Below, piece by piece: positions 63,052-64,000 of a stretch of 64,000 nucleotides of DNA. The DNA lies in contig JBNRSN020000006.1 of assembly GCA_051313645.2 (NCBI GenBank), forward strand, positions 139,562,001 through 139,626,000, written 5' to 3'. Below the pieces are notes generated by a model. It was not told the origin of the DNA, did not search any database, and saw only the letters and a program-made list of their open reading frames with translations. The position numbers and the translations under genes are program-made. This DNA comes from Centroscyllium fabricii (lineage: Eukaryota). How positions within the stretch are numbered: position 1 is the stretch's first letter; each line of letters starts with the position of its first letter.

Positions 63052-64000
63052 ATAGAATCATAGAATCATAGAAATTTTACAGTGCGGATAAGGGCCATTC
63101 GGCCCATCCAGTCCACACCGGCCCAGGAAACTCCTCGCTATACTAACCCCATTTGCCCGCACCTGGCCCATAACCCTGTATGTTATGGTCCTTCATGTGC
63201 TGGTCCAAATATTTTTTAAATGTTGCGATGGTTTCTGTTTCCACCACCCTTACAGGCAGGGAGTTCCAGACTTCCACCACCCTCTGGGTAAAGAAATTTC
63301 TCCTTACCTCCCCCCTAAACCTCCCTCCCCTAATCTTGAATCTATGTCCCCTGGTACTTGACTCTCCCACCAATGGAAACAATGCCCCTTTATCTACCCT
63401 ATCGTGTCCTCTCATGATCTTGTAGACCTCAATCATGTCACCCCTCCACCTTCTCTTCTCTAGGGCAAATAACCCCAGCCTGTCCAGCCTCTCTTCGTAG
63501 CATAAGTCCCCCAGACCAGGTATCATCCTGGTAAACCTTCTCTGCACCCTTTCCAGGGCAACCACGTCCTTCCTGAATTGCGGTGACCAGAACTGCACAC
63601 AGTACTCCAGCTGGGGTCTCACCAGTGTATTATACAAGTTTAACATTACCTCCCTACTTTTGTATACTATGCCCTGGTTAATAAAGGCCAGAATTCCGTA
63701 TGCCTTCTTAACCACCTTGTTAACGTGTCCAGCAACCTTCAGGGAGCTGTGCACCTGTACCCCTAGGTCCCTCTGTTCCTCGGTCCTATTTAACGTTTTG
63801 TTGTTCATGGTATATTCCCTTACCCCATTTGGTCTACCGAATTGAATGACCTCGCATTTCTCTGGGTTGAACTCCATTTGCCATTTTTCTGCCCAATTAA
63901 CCATTAGATCTATATCCTCCTGAAGCCCCTTACTATCCTCATCGTTGTTTATCACCCTTCCGATTTTCGTATCATCAGCGAATTTGCTGATCATACCCCC
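63052..64000 (-). mobile_element. CR1 LINE inserted into the proviral 3' LTR (runs off the window)
   Basis: ISKFADDTKIG...LVRPQLEYCVQFW...WNSLP ORF and (ATTCTATG)n tail. Confidence 0.93.

Overview
Vertebrate genomic DNA, most likely a cartilaginous fish (inferred from HER1/HE1-type CR1 LINE and SINE tails and the repeat content). The host gene is ZFHX4 on the minus strand: a large first coding exon (19832-17209), the next coding exon (15811-15309) and a probable CpG-rich promoter/first-exon zone at about 42.7-47.6 kb. The left 13 kb is intronic and holds nested transposons: a full-length but decayed Gypsy LTR retrotransposon (649-6974, with a CR1 inside) that splits an old Harbinger Myb/SANT gene, followed by Harbinger elements. 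A LINE/SINE cluster lies at 31.7-35.9 kb. The most notable object is an approximately 10.5-kb defective provirus (52558 to beyond 63051). It has a 1.63-kb LTR, an apparent tRNA-Arg PBS, a coiled-coil Gag, a deletion of protease/RT/RNase H, an integrase with a repetitive tail, and an env that looks like a lokiretrovirus/paramyxovirus-F-type fusion protein with an apparent N-terminal immunoglobulin-like module. Its transmembrane segment is recovered by removing a nested DNA transposon. A structured RNA cassette also recurs in two CR1 3' UTRs. All family assignments come from motif recognition by eye, not database searches.
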